A stretch of 64,000 nt of DNA from Nitrospirota bacterium (GTDB lineage: Bacteria > Nitrospirota > Nitrospiria > 2-01-FULL-66-17). The notes beneath the pieces are model-generated. The model was not told where the DNA came from and ran no database searches. It saw only the letters and a program-made list of their open reading frames with translations. The stretch spans positions 1 through 64,000 of the forward strand of contig JBMOMC010000002.1 in assembly GCA_049325335.1 (NCBI GenBank), given 5' to 3'. Shown here piece by piece: positions 29,661-39,742 of this stretch. The translations under genes and the position numbers were made by a program. The stretch's first letter is position 1; every line of letters starts with the position of its first letter.

Positions 29661-31103
29661 ATGGACGGGATGTGGATGCAGGTCATAACCATCTTGCCCG
29701 AGATCGTGTTGACGGTCGGGGCATGCGCCCTGTTGTTGTTCGACCTGGCGGTGTCCAAGGACCAAAAAGACAAGTTGGGGTACTTTGCGGTCGGCGTGTT
29801 GTTGGTGGCCTGTTACGGGTCCTGGAAGCTCGCCGACGTGGAAACCGACGCGTTTTCCGGGATGTTCGTGCTGGATGCGTACTCCACCTATTTCAAGGTA
29901 CTGGTCTACCTCGCGGGCGCGTTGACCATTCTGTTGTCGATCACGTACCTGGAAGTCGAACGGATTCACTTGGGCGAGTACTACGCGTTCGTGTTGCTCG
30001 CCACCGCTGGCATGATGGTCATGGTGTCGGCCGGCGATCTGATCATGATCTATTTGGGGTTGGAACTGTTGTCGCTCTCGCTGTATACGATGGCGGGGTT
30101 CAAACGGTATGAGGGCCGTTCGGTCGAGGCATCGGCCAAGTACCTCATCCTGGGGTCGTTCTCCTCCGCGATCCTGTTGTACGGGATCTCGATCCTCTAC
30201 GGCATCGCGGGAACGACCAATCTCAAAGCCCTGGGGACGTTCTTTGCGCAGAACACGATCGACAATCCAGGCCTTCTGATGAGCATGGCGTTTCTGGTGG
30301 TCGGATTCGGCTTCAAGGTCGCGGCCGTGCCGTTCCACATGTGGACGCCGGACGTGTACGAAGGCTCGCCCACTCCGGTGACCGCGTTTATGTCCGTGGC
30401 GCCCAAGGCCGCGAGTTTCGCGGTCTTCCTCCGGGTGTTCGCGGAGGCGCTGGGCGGGCTGAAAGCCCACTGGCAACCGATCCTGATCACGCTGGCGATC
30501 GCGACCATGATCATCGGCAACGTGGTGGCGATCGTGCAGACCAACATTAAGCGCATGCTGGCGTATTCGTCCATCGCGCACGCGGGGTACGCGCTGATCG
30601 GGATCATCGTGGGCGGCGGTCTTGGCACCATGAGCCTGATGTTGTATTTGATGATCTATGCGCTGATGAACCTGGGCGCGTTCGGCGTGGTGATTCTGCT
30701 CCGCAAAGGCGCGCTGCGGGGCGAGGAGATCACGGACTTCACAGGCTTGGCCAAGACCAACCCGGTGGCGGCCTTCATCATGCTGGTGTTCATGTTCTCC
30801 CTGGCCGGGATTCCGCCCACCGCGGGATTCGTGGCCAAGTTCTACCTGTTCATGGGTGCGGTGGAAGCGGGCATGGTGTGGCTGGCCGTGATCGGCGTGC
30901 TCCTCTCCGCGGTCTCCGCCTACTACTACCTGCGCGTGGTGATGGTGATGTACATGCGCGAACCCGCCGGGCGGTTTGACTTGGCCACCTCACCCGCGAC
31001 CCAGTTCGCCCTGGTCGTGACCACCGCCGCGGTGCTCTTCTTCGGCATCTACCCCACGCCGCTGATCGACTACACCAAAGCCGCGATCCTGCAAGTCCCG
31101 TAA
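29661..31103 (+). CDS. nuoN: NADH-quinone oxidoreductase subunit N
   Basis: Motifs FKVAAVPFHMWTPDVYEGSP, KRMLAYSSIAH. Confidence 0.97.
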   Translation: MDGMWMQVITILPEIVLTVGACALLLFDLAVSKDQKDKLGYFAVGVLLVACYGSWKLADVETDAFSGMFVLDAYSTYFKVLVYLAGALTILLSITYLEVERIHLGEYYAFVLLATAGMMVMVSAGDLIMIYLGLELLSLSLYTMAGFKRYEGRSVEASAKYLILGSFSSAILLYGISILYGIAGTTNLKALGTFFAQNTIDNPGLLMSMAFLVVGFGFKVAAVPFHMWTPDVYEGSPTPVTAFMSVAPKAASFAVFLRVFAEALGGLKAHWQPILITLAIATMIIGNVVAIVQTNIKRMLAYSSIAHAGYALIGIIVGGGLGTMSLMLYLMIYALMNLGAFGVVILLRKGALRGEEITDFTGLAKTNPVAAFIMLVFMFSLAGIPPTAGFVAKFYLFMGAVEAGMVWLAVIGVLLSAVSAYYYLRVVMVMYMREPAGRFDLATSPATQFALVVTTAAVLFFGIYPTPLIDYTKAAILQVP

Positions 31104-31107
31104 CGGG

Positions 31108-32757
31108 TCATTGCCCCTGGTAGTGCGGGTCGATTCTGAGAATCCGTGCCCAGCGTAGGCGGGCGTCTTCATAGCGGCCCATCCGGGTCAACAGCGTGGC
31201 GGATCGTTCGAGCAACTGCACGGCCCAGGGCTGGTCCGGCACGTCGGTTTCGTACGCGGCCAGCGCCAGGTCCTGGCGGCCGGCCTTTTCGTAGGCGTTC
31301 CCGAGATTCAACCGAGCGGTTCCGAAAAACGGGCTGAGGCGCACGGCGGTGTTGAACTCCACAATGGCCAGGTCCAATTCTCCGAGCCGGGCGTACACTA
31401 TCCCGAGATAGTTATGCGTGGCCGGGAAGTTGGGCGCGAACGCGGCGGAGGTTTCCAAGTGCTCGCGCGCGGCCGCCAGGTCCCCCGTCTCCACGAGGCG
31501 AAGCGCCAGATGGTTGCGGGCGAGAATACTGGTCGGATACACGGACAAGGTGTAGGCCCATAACCGGTCGGCATCGCGCCAGATCATGGTGCGAGACCGG
31601 TCGGTCCATAACGCGCCCGCCGCAGTCGCCACCGCGGCCAAGCCGGCCAGCACCACGAGCATCCGGCGGGGAGCGCACCACACGCCTATGCGGCGGGCCA
31701 GTTCCCCCGCGGCGCACGCCAGCCCGACTCCCGCCAGGTAAACGCGTTGATCCTGGTACAAGGTCACCCGGCTGACCCAGGGCAGGGCCGCGAGCGGGAG
31801 GAGCGAGATCCAGAACCACGCGACGCACCAGCCCACGCGGCGGTCGAACCGGAACACCGCGACGGTGAGGGCGGCCGCAACCGCGGCTCCCGCGATGAGC
31901 GCGGCGCCTTCCGCGGGCTCGATGCGCCACGACCACCCGTGATCGATCGCCGAGCCGATGGGAACGAGCCACGACGTCACCGAGACCAGGAACATCTTGA
32001 TCGCGAACAACGCCGGTTGCCACGCGCCGTCGCCAATGGGTTGTTCCCGGAATTTGTCCGAGAGCAGCCATGTGCGCCACGCGAGGTACGCCGCAACCAG
32101 CACCCACCACGACGCCGAGGCGCGAATCGATTCCGCCCACGCGCGAGCCGGCTGCGAGGTGAGGCGGTCCCAGGCCACGATCAACAGGGGCAGGATCACC
32201 GCGGCTTCTTTGGCGCCGAGTGCCAGCGCGCCGAGCACCCAGCTCATGATCATCCAGGAGCCTCGGGTGGCGGTACGATTCGCCCGATCCCACGCCGTGA
32301 TAGCGGCCAACACGAGCAGCGTGGAGAGCAGGGTCGACCGGGCCGAGACATAGACGACGGCCTCGGCATTGAGCGGGTGCCACGCAACCACGGCGGCCGC
32401 CGCCAGCGCGCTGCGGGCATCCCGCCAGATCCGAAACGCCAGGCCAGCGACCAGCGCAATGACCGCGAGGTGGAGACCGATGTTGACGGCGTGAAACCAG
32501 AATGGGTTGCGACCGAACAGGGCCACGTCAAGCCCGAAGCTGGCGGTGATGACCGGCCGATAGCTGACCTCGCTGCGGGAACTCCAGGATTCGGGATTGA
32601 GGAACCACGCCGCGGCCGAGCCCAACGAGTCGATCGCGCGGTTGTGAACGATGGTGTAGGTGTCGTCCCACACGAATCCGTTGTGGAGCGCGCCGCGGTA
32701 TGTCAGCGCCGTGAGGATGAGAACGGCCGCGAGGGCGATGCGGAGCCGGGTGGTCAC
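31108..32757 (-). CDS. TMTC-like membrane glycosyltransferase (GT-C) with C-terminal TPRs
   Basis: Motifs FVWDD, YRP, HPLNAEAV..R, AKE, LYQDQRVY, WRD...LW, followed by TPR repeats. Confidence 0.8.
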   Translation of the reverse strand: MTTRLRIALAAVLILTALTYRGALHNGFVWDDTYTIVHNRAIDSLGSAAAWFLNPESWSSRSEVSYRPVITASFGLDVALFGRNPFWFHAVNIGLHLAVIALVAGLAFRIWRDARSALAAAAVVAWHPLNAEAVVYVSARSTLLSTLLVLAAITAWDRANRTATRGSWMIMSWVLGALALGAKEAAVILPLLIVAWDRLTSQPARAWAESIRASASWWVLVAAYLAWRTWLLSDKFREQPIGDGAWQPALFAIKMFLVSVTSWLVPIGSAIDHGWSWRIEPAEGAALIAGAAVAAALTVAVFRFDRRVGWCVAWFWISLLPLAALPWVSRVTLYQDQRVYLAGVGLACAAGELARRIGVWCAPRRMLVVLAGLAAVATAAGALWTDRSRTMIWRDADRLWAYTLSVYPTSILARNHLALRLVETGDLAAAREHLETSAAFAPNFPATHNYLGIVYARLGELDLAIVEFNTAVRLSPFFGTARLNLGNAYEKAGRQDLALAAYETDVPDQPWAVQLLERSATLLTRMGRYEDARLRWARILRIDPHYQGQ

Positions 32758-32797
32758 CGCGGAGGGCTCGGGGATGAGGCCGCCTCGCGTCCGCGGA

Positions 32798-33622
32798 TCA
32801 TTGCGCGTGCGCCCGGGCCTCGTTAAAGAGCCGCGCGTCCAACTCCGTGGTCCGAGTCACGATGAACGGCGGGAGTCGCTCGTTGATCGACGGCGTGGCG
32901 TGGACTTGCCCGTCGAGGAAGCGGGGAGCGATCCCTGCCGCGCGTAATAACCCGAACCCTCCCACCACGTCCCACGGATTTTTTCCGGTGACGCTGACAA
33001 TGGCGTCGGCCTCGCCGTACGCGACCAACGCGAGCTTGTACGCGATGCTGCCCACCGCGGTCAGGGGAAGGTCCTCCCTCCACCCCCTGAATCGGTCGCG
33101 GGCCAGGTCGGATCGGCTGACCAAGATGCGCAGCGCGGCGCTTCGGCCGCGCGCGCCGGGGAGGGAGGCGGTGTCGGTCGGGCGCAGCCCGGTCGTGATC
33201 GCGCCGGCCATGACCGTTCCGCTCGGGGGGTGCGCGATCGCGCCGGCCACCGCGCGCCCCTGCCAGACCAAGCCGATCGACACCGCGTATTCGGGCAGTC
33301 CCTCGACGAACTCGCGCGTGCCGTCGATGGGGTCCACCACCCAGGTAAACGCGCCGGAGGCGGAGTCCACCAGGCTTTCCTCCGACAACCACCCGTCTTC
33401 GGGAAACCGTTTGTCCTTCACGCTCCGGATCAGCTGATCGGCGGCGCGATCCGCGTCGGTGACCCAATCGTTAGGTCGCTTTTCTAGTGCCGTGAACCGA
33501 TCGCGCATGGTCCAGACCGCGGCGGAGGCCTCGCGCGCCGCGTCGATGACCGCGGTCAGACGACCGTCAACCGCGTCCCGCCATTCGGGTGAGGCGGCGG
33601 GGTCGACTACGGTTGACCCCAT
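32798..33622 (-). CDS. Inositol monophosphatase / CysQ-family phosphatase
   Basis: Motifs VTDADRAAD, LSEE, WVVDPIDGTREF, WD. Confidence 0.88.
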   Translation of the reverse strand: MGSTVVDPAASPEWRDAVDGRLTAVIDAAREASAAVWTMRDRFTALEKRPNDWVTDADRAADQLIRSVKDKRFPEDGWLSEESLVDSASGAFTWVVDPIDGTREFVEGLPEYAVSIGLVWQGRAVAGAIAHPPSGTVMAGAITTGLRPTDTASLPGARGRSAALRILVSRSDLARDRFRGWREDLPLTAVGSIAYKLALVAYGEADAIVSVTGKNPWDVVGGFGLLRAAGIAPRFLDGQVHATPSINERLPPFIVTRTTELDARLFNEARAHAQ

Positions 33623-34296
33623 GTCCTCATCCCCATGTCGTCGAGCAATTCGATCGTCGGTTCTCCTTGATCCAAGGCCAACCGGGCCCGGTCCACGCCG
33701 TCTTGGTCGCCCAAGAGCAGTTGCGGATCATGGTCTTCGTTCAGCGACAGCTCCGCCCGCGGCATGCCCTCGGCGTCGGCCAACACGAGGCCCGGCAACT
33801 CGTTGGTTCCCGCGATCACTTCACTGCGCGAGATGCCGTTGGCGTCCGACAAGGTCAATCGCATTCGATCGCGCTCGGTGACCAAGGCCACCGCGTTGCC
33901 GCTCTCGTCGCCGAACGCCAGGCCGGTGGTCACGTCGGGCCAGGCGATCAGCCAGGCCGCGGTGCGTCCGTCGGGTCCGAAGAACGTGAGCGACGGCACC
34001 GCGCCCGGCAACACCTCCAAGCTGATCAACTCCTGTTGTTGGTCGTCGTAGAGCCGAAGTCCCGCGACCCCGTGGCGGGTGAGCCCCAGGGTCGCGCGCG
34101 GGGCGTCGTGATCGTCCACGACGACCAGTCGGCGGGTCCTGATTTCGTCGGGGGGAGCCGATGGTCGAGCCGCGCCGAGCGCCATCACGCCGACCACGCC
34201 GCTGAGCGCGATCACGGACAGGATTTTAAATCGTCGGGCATCGCGTTCCAGCCGTTCCAGGCGTTCCGTCATCCTGCGCGAGGGGCCTTCCTCCAT
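33607..34296 (-). CDS. Hypothetical membrane-anchored protein with beta-hairpin repeats
   Basis: AAGGAG RBS, coiled-coil plus TM segment, repeated LxLxDxxGxxR units. Confidence 0.65.
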   Translation of the reverse strand: MEEGPSRRMTERLERLERDARRFKILSVIALSGVVGVMALGAARPSAPPDEIRTRRLVVVDDHDAPRATLGLTRHGVAGLRLYDDQQQELISLEVLPGAVPSLTFFGPDGRTAAWLIAWPDVTTGLAFGDESGNAVALVTERDRMRLTLSDANGISRSEVIAGTNELPGLVLADAEGMPRAELSLNEDHDPQLLLGDQDGVDRARLALDQGEPTIELLDDMGMRTWGQP

Positions 34297-34672
34297 AGCG
34301 ATCTCCTTCAGTGTGGTGGCGCCGAGTACGTGGCTCGGGGCGAACTCTACGCAATTGTCGAGCGCGCCGCAAGAGGGATTGTTCGGAACGGACATGAAGC
34401 AACGTGGCAGCGGCCGCGCGGACGGTCGAGAGCGCGTCGCGTCCCGGTGATGGGGAGCCGCCGCACATTCGACGTCTGCAGTCGGTTGGGCAAGCCGTTA
34501 CGATTGACTTCATCCGCGGGGTGGTGGCAGACTGCCGACACGACAACAGCCCAGGGCGGTCCCGTCGCATGCCGTTGTCCTGAGGTGTCGTCCGGTCCAT
34601 CTGCGAACGCACGGTCGGTGAGAGAGCCGGGATGCGCGTTGAACACGGGTGGTCAATACGCGGGTCCTCGAC

Positions 34673-35809
34673 ATGATCGGGCGACCCGAGGCGCCCGCCA
34701 CGACGGGGCGCGTCGGCGCTTCCGCGGGTTCGCGGCCGCGGATCGTCCTGGCCAGCGACGACGCGGAGACGCGAGAGGCTCTCCGTCGCGTCTTGGCCGC
34801 GGCCCATGACGTGTCGGCGGTTTCCGACGAGGGAGCCGCGTTGGCTGCGGCGCGCGCGGAGCAACCGGATCTCGTGGTGAGCGACCTGATGCCGACGGGA
34901 GTGGACGGCCTCGGGCTGTTGCGCGCACTGAGAGCCGAGCCGATCACGCGCGCCATCCCCGTGATCCTGCTGTGCGCTCAGGGGGATGAGGACGCCGCGG
35001 CCGAGGGGCTGGAGGCGGGCGCGGACGACGCGCTCGTGAAACCGGTTGCCGCGCGCGAGCTGTCGGCCCGGGTTCGAGCCCGGATCGCGTTCGGCGCGCT
35101 CCGTCGGCAATGGGCGCTCGACCTTGACCGTGTGACCCAGGAACTCGACGCCTTCAGCTACGCGGTGTCCCACGACCTGCGCGCGCCGTTGCGGGCGATC
35201 GAGGGGTTCAGCGACGCCGTGCTCACCGAGTATGCCGCCGCGGTCGACGAGCAAGGGCGCCGGTATCTGGACCGGATTCGGGCCGGTACTCAGCGGATGA
35301 GCGCGCTCATCGAGGCCCTGGCCGCGCTGTCGCGGGTGTCCCGCGTGGACCTGCATCGAGAACCGATCGATCTGGCGTCCATGGCGCGTCGCGTCCTCGG
35401 AACCCTGCAACGGCGAGAGCCGTCACGGGCGGTGCGCGCGGACATCCCCCTGCAACTGCCCGCCACCGGCGACCAACGACTGCTTGCCGTGGCCCTCGAA
35501 CACCTTATCGGGAATGCCTGGAAGTTTACTGCCCGCCGCGCGGACGCCGCCATTTTCGTGGGGCGGGAGCCGGGAGGCACCGAGACCGTGTTTTTTGTCC
35601 GAGACAACGGCGTCGGGTTCGACATGGCGTACGCGGACAAACTCTTTGTCCCGTTCCAGCGGTTACACAAAGCCGACGAGTTCGAAGGCGTGGGCATCGG
35701 CCTCGCGGTTGTGCAGCGGATCATGTCTCGCCACGGCGGCCGTGTGTGGGCGACGGGCGCCGTGAATGAAGGGACCACGGTCTATTTCACGCTGGGAGGT
35801 GATCGATGA
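34673..35809 (+). CDS. Hybrid REC-HisKA-HATPase histidine kinase (cytoplasmic)
   Basis: REC domain (VSD..MP, KP), H-box SHDLRAPLRAI, N-box NAWKF, DNGVGF, GIGLA. Confidence 0.88.
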   Translation: MIGRPEAPATTGRVGASAGSRPRIVLASDDAETREALRRVLAAAHDVSAVSDEGAALAAARAEQPDLVVSDLMPTGVDGLGLLRALRAEPITRAIPVILLCAQGDEDAAAEGLEAGADDALVKPVAARELSARVRARIAFGALRRQWALDLDRVTQELDAFSYAVSHDLRAPLRAIEGFSDAVLTEYAAAVDEQGRRYLDRIRAGTQRMSALIEALAALSRVSRVDLHREPIDLASMARRVLGTLQRREPSRAVRADIPLQLPATGDQRLLAVALEHLIGNAWKFTARRADAAIFVGREPGGTETVFFVRDNGVGFDMAYADKLFVPFQRLHKADEFEGVGIGLAVVQRIMSRHGGRVWATGAVNEGTTVYFTLGGDR

Positions 35810-36657
35810 GGAGCCGTCGCGCGGCCGCGGCAATCGGGGCGTGGACGATCGTCATGCTGACCACCGTCTCGGCGGGGGCCGAGCTGCTCTTGGGCGTGCA
35901 CCCATTTAAACCGGCCACCAAACTGATCGAGGCGTTCACGCCGTTGGCCGCGTGTCTGGGCGACAAGCTCGGGGAGCACGTGACGCTGCGCATCGCGAAG
36001 GACTATCAAGCGCATACGGACGCGATCGGGCGGGATGAGTTGGACATCGCCTACATGGGGCCCGCGTCCTACGTCGCGTTGGTGGAACGGTACGGGCCCA
36101 AGCCGCTGTTGGGGCGGCAAGTCATCACGGGCAAGTCCTTGTTTCACGGGAAAATTTTCGTGCGGAGCGACAGTCCGATCCGCACATTGGCCGATCTCAC
36201 CGGCAAGCGCTTCGCCTTCGGTGAGCCGCACTCCACCATGAGTCACCTGCTCCCGCGGTACATGTTGTGGGAGGCGGGTGTCGGAATCGACCGGTTCGCC
36301 GGCCACGCGTTCGTGGGCGACCACGTGAATGTCGCGCTCGGCGTGTTGGCCGGGGATTACGACGCCGGCGCGGTGAAGGAGGACGTGTATTTCCGGTACG
36401 AGGGTCAGGGGCTGCGCGCCATCGCCACCTCGCCGCCCATTGCGGACCACGTGTTCGTGGCCGGTCGGAAATTATCCGAGGAGATGGTGCGGCGGTTACG
36501 CGCGATTATGTTGGGGTTGCACGAGGATACGCGTTGTGCCGCCGCGCTGCAGGCCATGACACCGGGCGTGACCGCGCTGATCGAAGCGCGGGACGCGGAC
36601 TACGACTCGTTGCGCACGGTGCTGGCCAAGTTGCGTGAACTCGGGGTACCGTACTGA
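35806..36657 (+). CDS. PhnD/phosphate-phosphonate-type periplasmic binding protein
   Basis: Motifs DIAYMGPASYV, LADLTGKRFAFG..STMS.L.P, H..VALGV..G..DAGAV. Confidence 0.85.
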   Translation: MRSRRAAAAIGAWTIVMLTTVSAGAELLLGVHPFKPATKLIEAFTPLAACLGDKLGEHVTLRIAKDYQAHTDAIGRDELDIAYMGPASYVALVERYGPKPLLGRQVITGKSLFHGKIFVRSDSPIRTLADLTGKRFAFGEPHSTMSHLLPRYMLWEAGVGIDRFAGHAFVGDHVNVALGVLAGDYDAGAVKEDVYFRYEGQGLRAIATSPPIADHVFVAGRKLSEEMVRRLRAIMLGLHEDTRCAAALQAMTPGVTALIEARDADYDSLRTVLAKLRELGVPY

Positions 36658-37928
36658 TGGACGATGTCGCGCTCACCCGGGCCAGGAACCGGCGCGCGCT
36701 CACGGCGTTTCTGGTGGTGGTGTCGCTCGGGGTCGGGGCGATTAGCGGGGGCGTGGTCTGGCTGCAGCGGCAGTACCTCCACGAGAAGATCCGCGGGGAT
36801 ATGCGGACCGAGTTGGCGCTGATCGGCGAGGCGATCCTGGAATCGCTGCTGCGCTCCGACTACGCCGCCGTGGAACGGCTGGCGCGAACGTGGGTGGAGA
36901 ACCACGACGATCGGATCGAGATCGCGGTGGTGATGCCGAACGGGTTCGTGCTCGCCGAATACCGCAAGGCTGTTTCTCCGCGAGACTCCCTGACCGTGGA
37001 GCAGCCCGTGGAGTTCGACGGCCGGGTGGTCACGACGTTGCGGGCGGTGAGCGACGTGTCGCTGCGCGCGAGCGGCCTGCAAGCCATTGTGTTCTATGCC
37101 TGGCTCGCGTGTGTGGCCGTGATCGCGCTGCTCGGGTGGGCCTTGTGGGCGACGTTGGAGCGCACCGCGATCCGCCCGTTGACCGAGCAGGTTCTCCGAC
37201 GCGAGCTCAAGGAGCGACAGTTGGAGCAGCGCGGCGCCGAATTAGAGGCGGCGGTCCGGGAGCTGGAGACGTTTAGTTATTCGGTATCCCACGATCTGCG
37301 CGCGCCGTTACGCGCGATCGACGGATTCAGTCATGCGCTGCTCAGCGACTATGCGGCGACCCTCGACGACAAGGGGCGCCACTACCTCAGCCGGATCCGG
37401 TCCGGGGCCCAGCGGATGGCCGAGCTCATCGACGACCTGTTGAACCTCGCGCAGATTACCCGGGGCGAGCTGCGCACCGAACCGATCGATCTCTCGGACC
37501 TTACGCGAGGCATCATCGAGGAATTGCGAAAACGCGATCGCGCTCGCGCGGTGACCGTGAACCTGCCGGACCGGCTGCTCGTGCGCGGCGACCGGCGGCT
37601 GGTTACGGTGGCGATGGTCAACTTGTTGGGGAACGCCTGGAAGTTTACGGGCAAACGGGCGGACGCCGTGATCACGGTCGGACGGGAGCAGGACGGACCC
37701 GAGACCGTGTGGTTCGTTCGAGACAACGGCGCGGGGTTCGACATGGCGTACGTGAATAAACTCTTCACGCCGTTTCAACGCCTGCACAAAGCCTCCGAGT
37801 TCGAGGGCACCGGCATCGGCCTCGCGATCGTGCAGCGGATCGTCGCGCGCCACGGCGGCCGGGTGTGGGCCACGGCGGCCGTCGACGAAGGCGCCACGTT
37901 CTATCTCACGCTGGGAGACCGCCAATGA
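36657..37928 (+). CDS. Membrane sensor histidine kinase
   Basis: Two TM segments, H-box SHDLRAPLRAIDGF, NAWKF, G boxes. Confidence 0.9.
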   Translation: MDDVALTRARNRRALTAFLVVVSLGVGAISGGVVWLQRQYLHEKIRGDMRTELALIGEAILESLLRSDYAAVERLARTWVENHDDRIEIAVVMPNGFVLAEYRKAVSPRDSLTVEQPVEFDGRVVTTLRAVSDVSLRASGLQAIVFYAWLACVAVIALLGWALWATLERTAIRPLTEQVLRRELKERQLEQRGAELEAAVRELETFSYSVSHDLRAPLRAIDGFSHALLSDYAATLDDKGRHYLSRIRSGAQRMAELIDDLLNLAQITRGELRTEPIDLSDLTRGIIEELRKRDRARAVTVNLPDRLLVRGDRRLVTVAMVNLLGNAWKFTGKRADAVITVGREQDGPETVWFVRDNGAGFDMAYVNKLFTPFQRLHKASEFEGTGIGLAIVQRIVARHGGRVWATAAVDEGATFYLTLGDRQ

Positions 37929-38374
37929 GCAACCACCCGACCATCCTGCTCGTGGAGGACAATGACGACGACGCCGAACTGACCACGCGGGCGTTTCGGG
38001 AAGCACGCATCACCAATACGCTGATCAGGGCCGGCGACGGCGTCGAAGCCCTGGACTATCTATTTGCGCGGGGAGGACAGGCCGGTCGCGATCCCGCGGA
38101 GTTGCCCGAAGTGGTGCTCCTGGACCTGAACCTTCCGCGGGTCAGCGGCATCGAGGTGCTGCAGGCCATTCGCGCGGATGCGCGCACCAAGCACCTGCCG
38201 GTCGTCATCCTGACGTCGTCCAACGCGGACCGGGACCGATTGGCCGCCTACGACAACCACGCCAACAGCTACGTGCAAAAACCGGTGGATTACGATCAAT
38301 TCGTGGACGCGGCGCGCCAGCTCGGTCTGTATTGGATGGTGTTGAACCTGCCCGCGCCGCCCCCTGAGGCGTGA
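37925..38374 (+). CDS. Single-domain response regulator (Rcp1/CheY-like)
   Basis: Motifs ILLVEDN, LLDLNLP, VILTSS, KP, YW. Confidence 0.92.
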   Translation: MSNHPTILLVEDNDDDAELTTRAFREARITNTLIRAGDGVEALDYLFARGGQAGRDPAELPEVVLLDLNLPRVSGIEVLQAIRADARTKHLPVVILTSSNADRDRLAAYDNHANSYVQKPVDYDQFVDAARQLGLYWMVLNLPAPPPEA

Positions 38375-38432
38375 CCCTGGCGGCGCGCCGTCCCGTAGAC
38401 GTGTCACGCCCGCTGTGTTAGATTGTGACTCG

Positions 38433-39557
38433 ATGTCCGACCGGCCGCTGCTCATCATCGCCGCCAGCGAAAGCGACTCCAACCTGTATTACGCCACGCG
38501 GTTTCTCGCGCCCGACGCGTTCGTGTACCTGCGCGACCGGGGCGAGTCGATCCTGCTGATGAGTGATCTGGAAATGGATCGGGCCAAGTCGCAGGCCACG
38601 GTGGACACGGTGTTGTCGTACACCGCGTACGAGGAACAGGCCAAGGCCAAGACGACGGACCGGCCGCGCGTCGTACACGTGGTTCGCGAGGTGCTGGCTG
38701 AGCGCGGGATCACCGCGTTTGACGTGCCGAGCAATTTCCCGATCGAATACGGCGACCTATTCCGCGGCATGGGGCTGACCGTGACCGTGCGGCCGGATCC
38801 CTTGTTCCCGGAGCGGGTGCGCAAACAGCCGCGCGAAGTGGAGGCGATCGCCGCCGCGCAGCGCGCGGTCGAGGAGGCCGTGGCGGCGGCGATGCAACTG
38901 TTGCGGGATGCGGACGCGCGTCACGGCGTGTTATACGCGAACGGCGAGGTCTTGACCTCCGAGCGCATCAAACAACTCATCAACGTCACACTCATGGAGC
39001 GCGACTGCGTGGCCCAGCACACCATCGTGGCATGCGGCGTGGACGCGTGTGACCCGCACAACGAGGGATCGGGCCCCTTGTTGGCGAACCAGCCGATCAT
39101 CTTCGACGTGTTTCCGCGATCCAGCCGCAGCCGGTATTTCGCGGACATGAGTCGCACCGTGGTCAAGGGCCGGGCCAGCGACGGCATGAAGCGGTTGTAC
39201 GACACCGTCCTGGAGGCGCAGGAGTGGGGCGTGGCGCAGGTGAAAGCCGGGGTGGACGGGCAGTCGATCCACCAGGGCATTTGCGACCGGTTCGCGAGCA
39301 AGGGGTACGAAACCGGCCTGAAAGACGGCCGGATGCAGGGGTTCTTCCACGGCACCGGGCACGGCGTGGGCATCGACATCCACGAAGCCCCGCGCGTGAG
39401 CAAGGTCACCCACGTGTTGCAGCCGGGTGAGGTCGTGACCATCGAGCCCGGCCTGTATTATCCCGCCATCGGCGCGGCCCGCATCGAGGACATGGTGCTG
39501 GTGACCGCGGACGGGGGCGTTAATCTCACCCGGTTCCCCAAGACCCTCGAACTGTAG
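38433..39557 (+). CDS. Xaa-Pro aminopeptidase (M24B)
   Basis: Motifs YFADMSRT, HGTGHGVG..IHEAP, TIEPGLY, RIEDM. Confidence 0.92.
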   Translation: MSDRPLLIIAASESDSNLYYATRFLAPDAFVYLRDRGESILLMSDLEMDRAKSQATVDTVLSYTAYEEQAKAKTTDRPRVVHVVREVLAERGITAFDVPSNFPIEYGDLFRGMGLTVTVRPDPLFPERVRKQPREVEAIAAAQRAVEEAVAAAMQLLRDADARHGVLYANGEVLTSERIKQLINVTLMERDCVAQHTIVACGVDACDPHNEGSGPLLANQPIIFDVFPRSSRSRYFADMSRTVVKGRASDGMKRLYDTVLEAQEWGVAQVKAGVDGQSIHQGICDRFASKGYETGLKDGRMQGFFHGTGHGVGIDIHEAPRVSKVTHVLQPGEVVTIEPGLYYPAIGAARIEDMVLVTADGGVNLTRFPKTLEL

Positions 39558-39558
39558 A

Positions 39559-39726
39559 AGCCTGTCCATGAGCGGCCATCTGCGGCGTTGTCGCTGCGCT
39601 TCCGGTGCTCACGTACGGATTCAGTACGCTCCGCTCCGGTTCTCGCTCCACCTTGCGACCTACCAACAGAAATCCAAATCGCGGAAGTCCCCGAAGGGGG
39701 CATCTGGCGCACTCCTGAACAGGCTC
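39559..39726. repeat. Palindromic repeat family copy D
   Basis: agcctgtccatgagcggccatctgcggcgttg..ctcacgtac..gtacgctccg..ccccgaagggggcatctggc..cctgaacaggct. Confidence 0.88.
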
Positions 39727-39742
39727 TTGTCGGCGGTTCGCC

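Noticed and set aside
25935..31103. Nitrospira-type 2M complex I
   Set aside because: Only one nuoM lies between nuoL and nuoN.
34673..38374. Bacteriophytochrome light-sensing system
   Set aside because: The kinase cores and response regulator are of that subfamily, but no PAS-GAF-PHY module is present.
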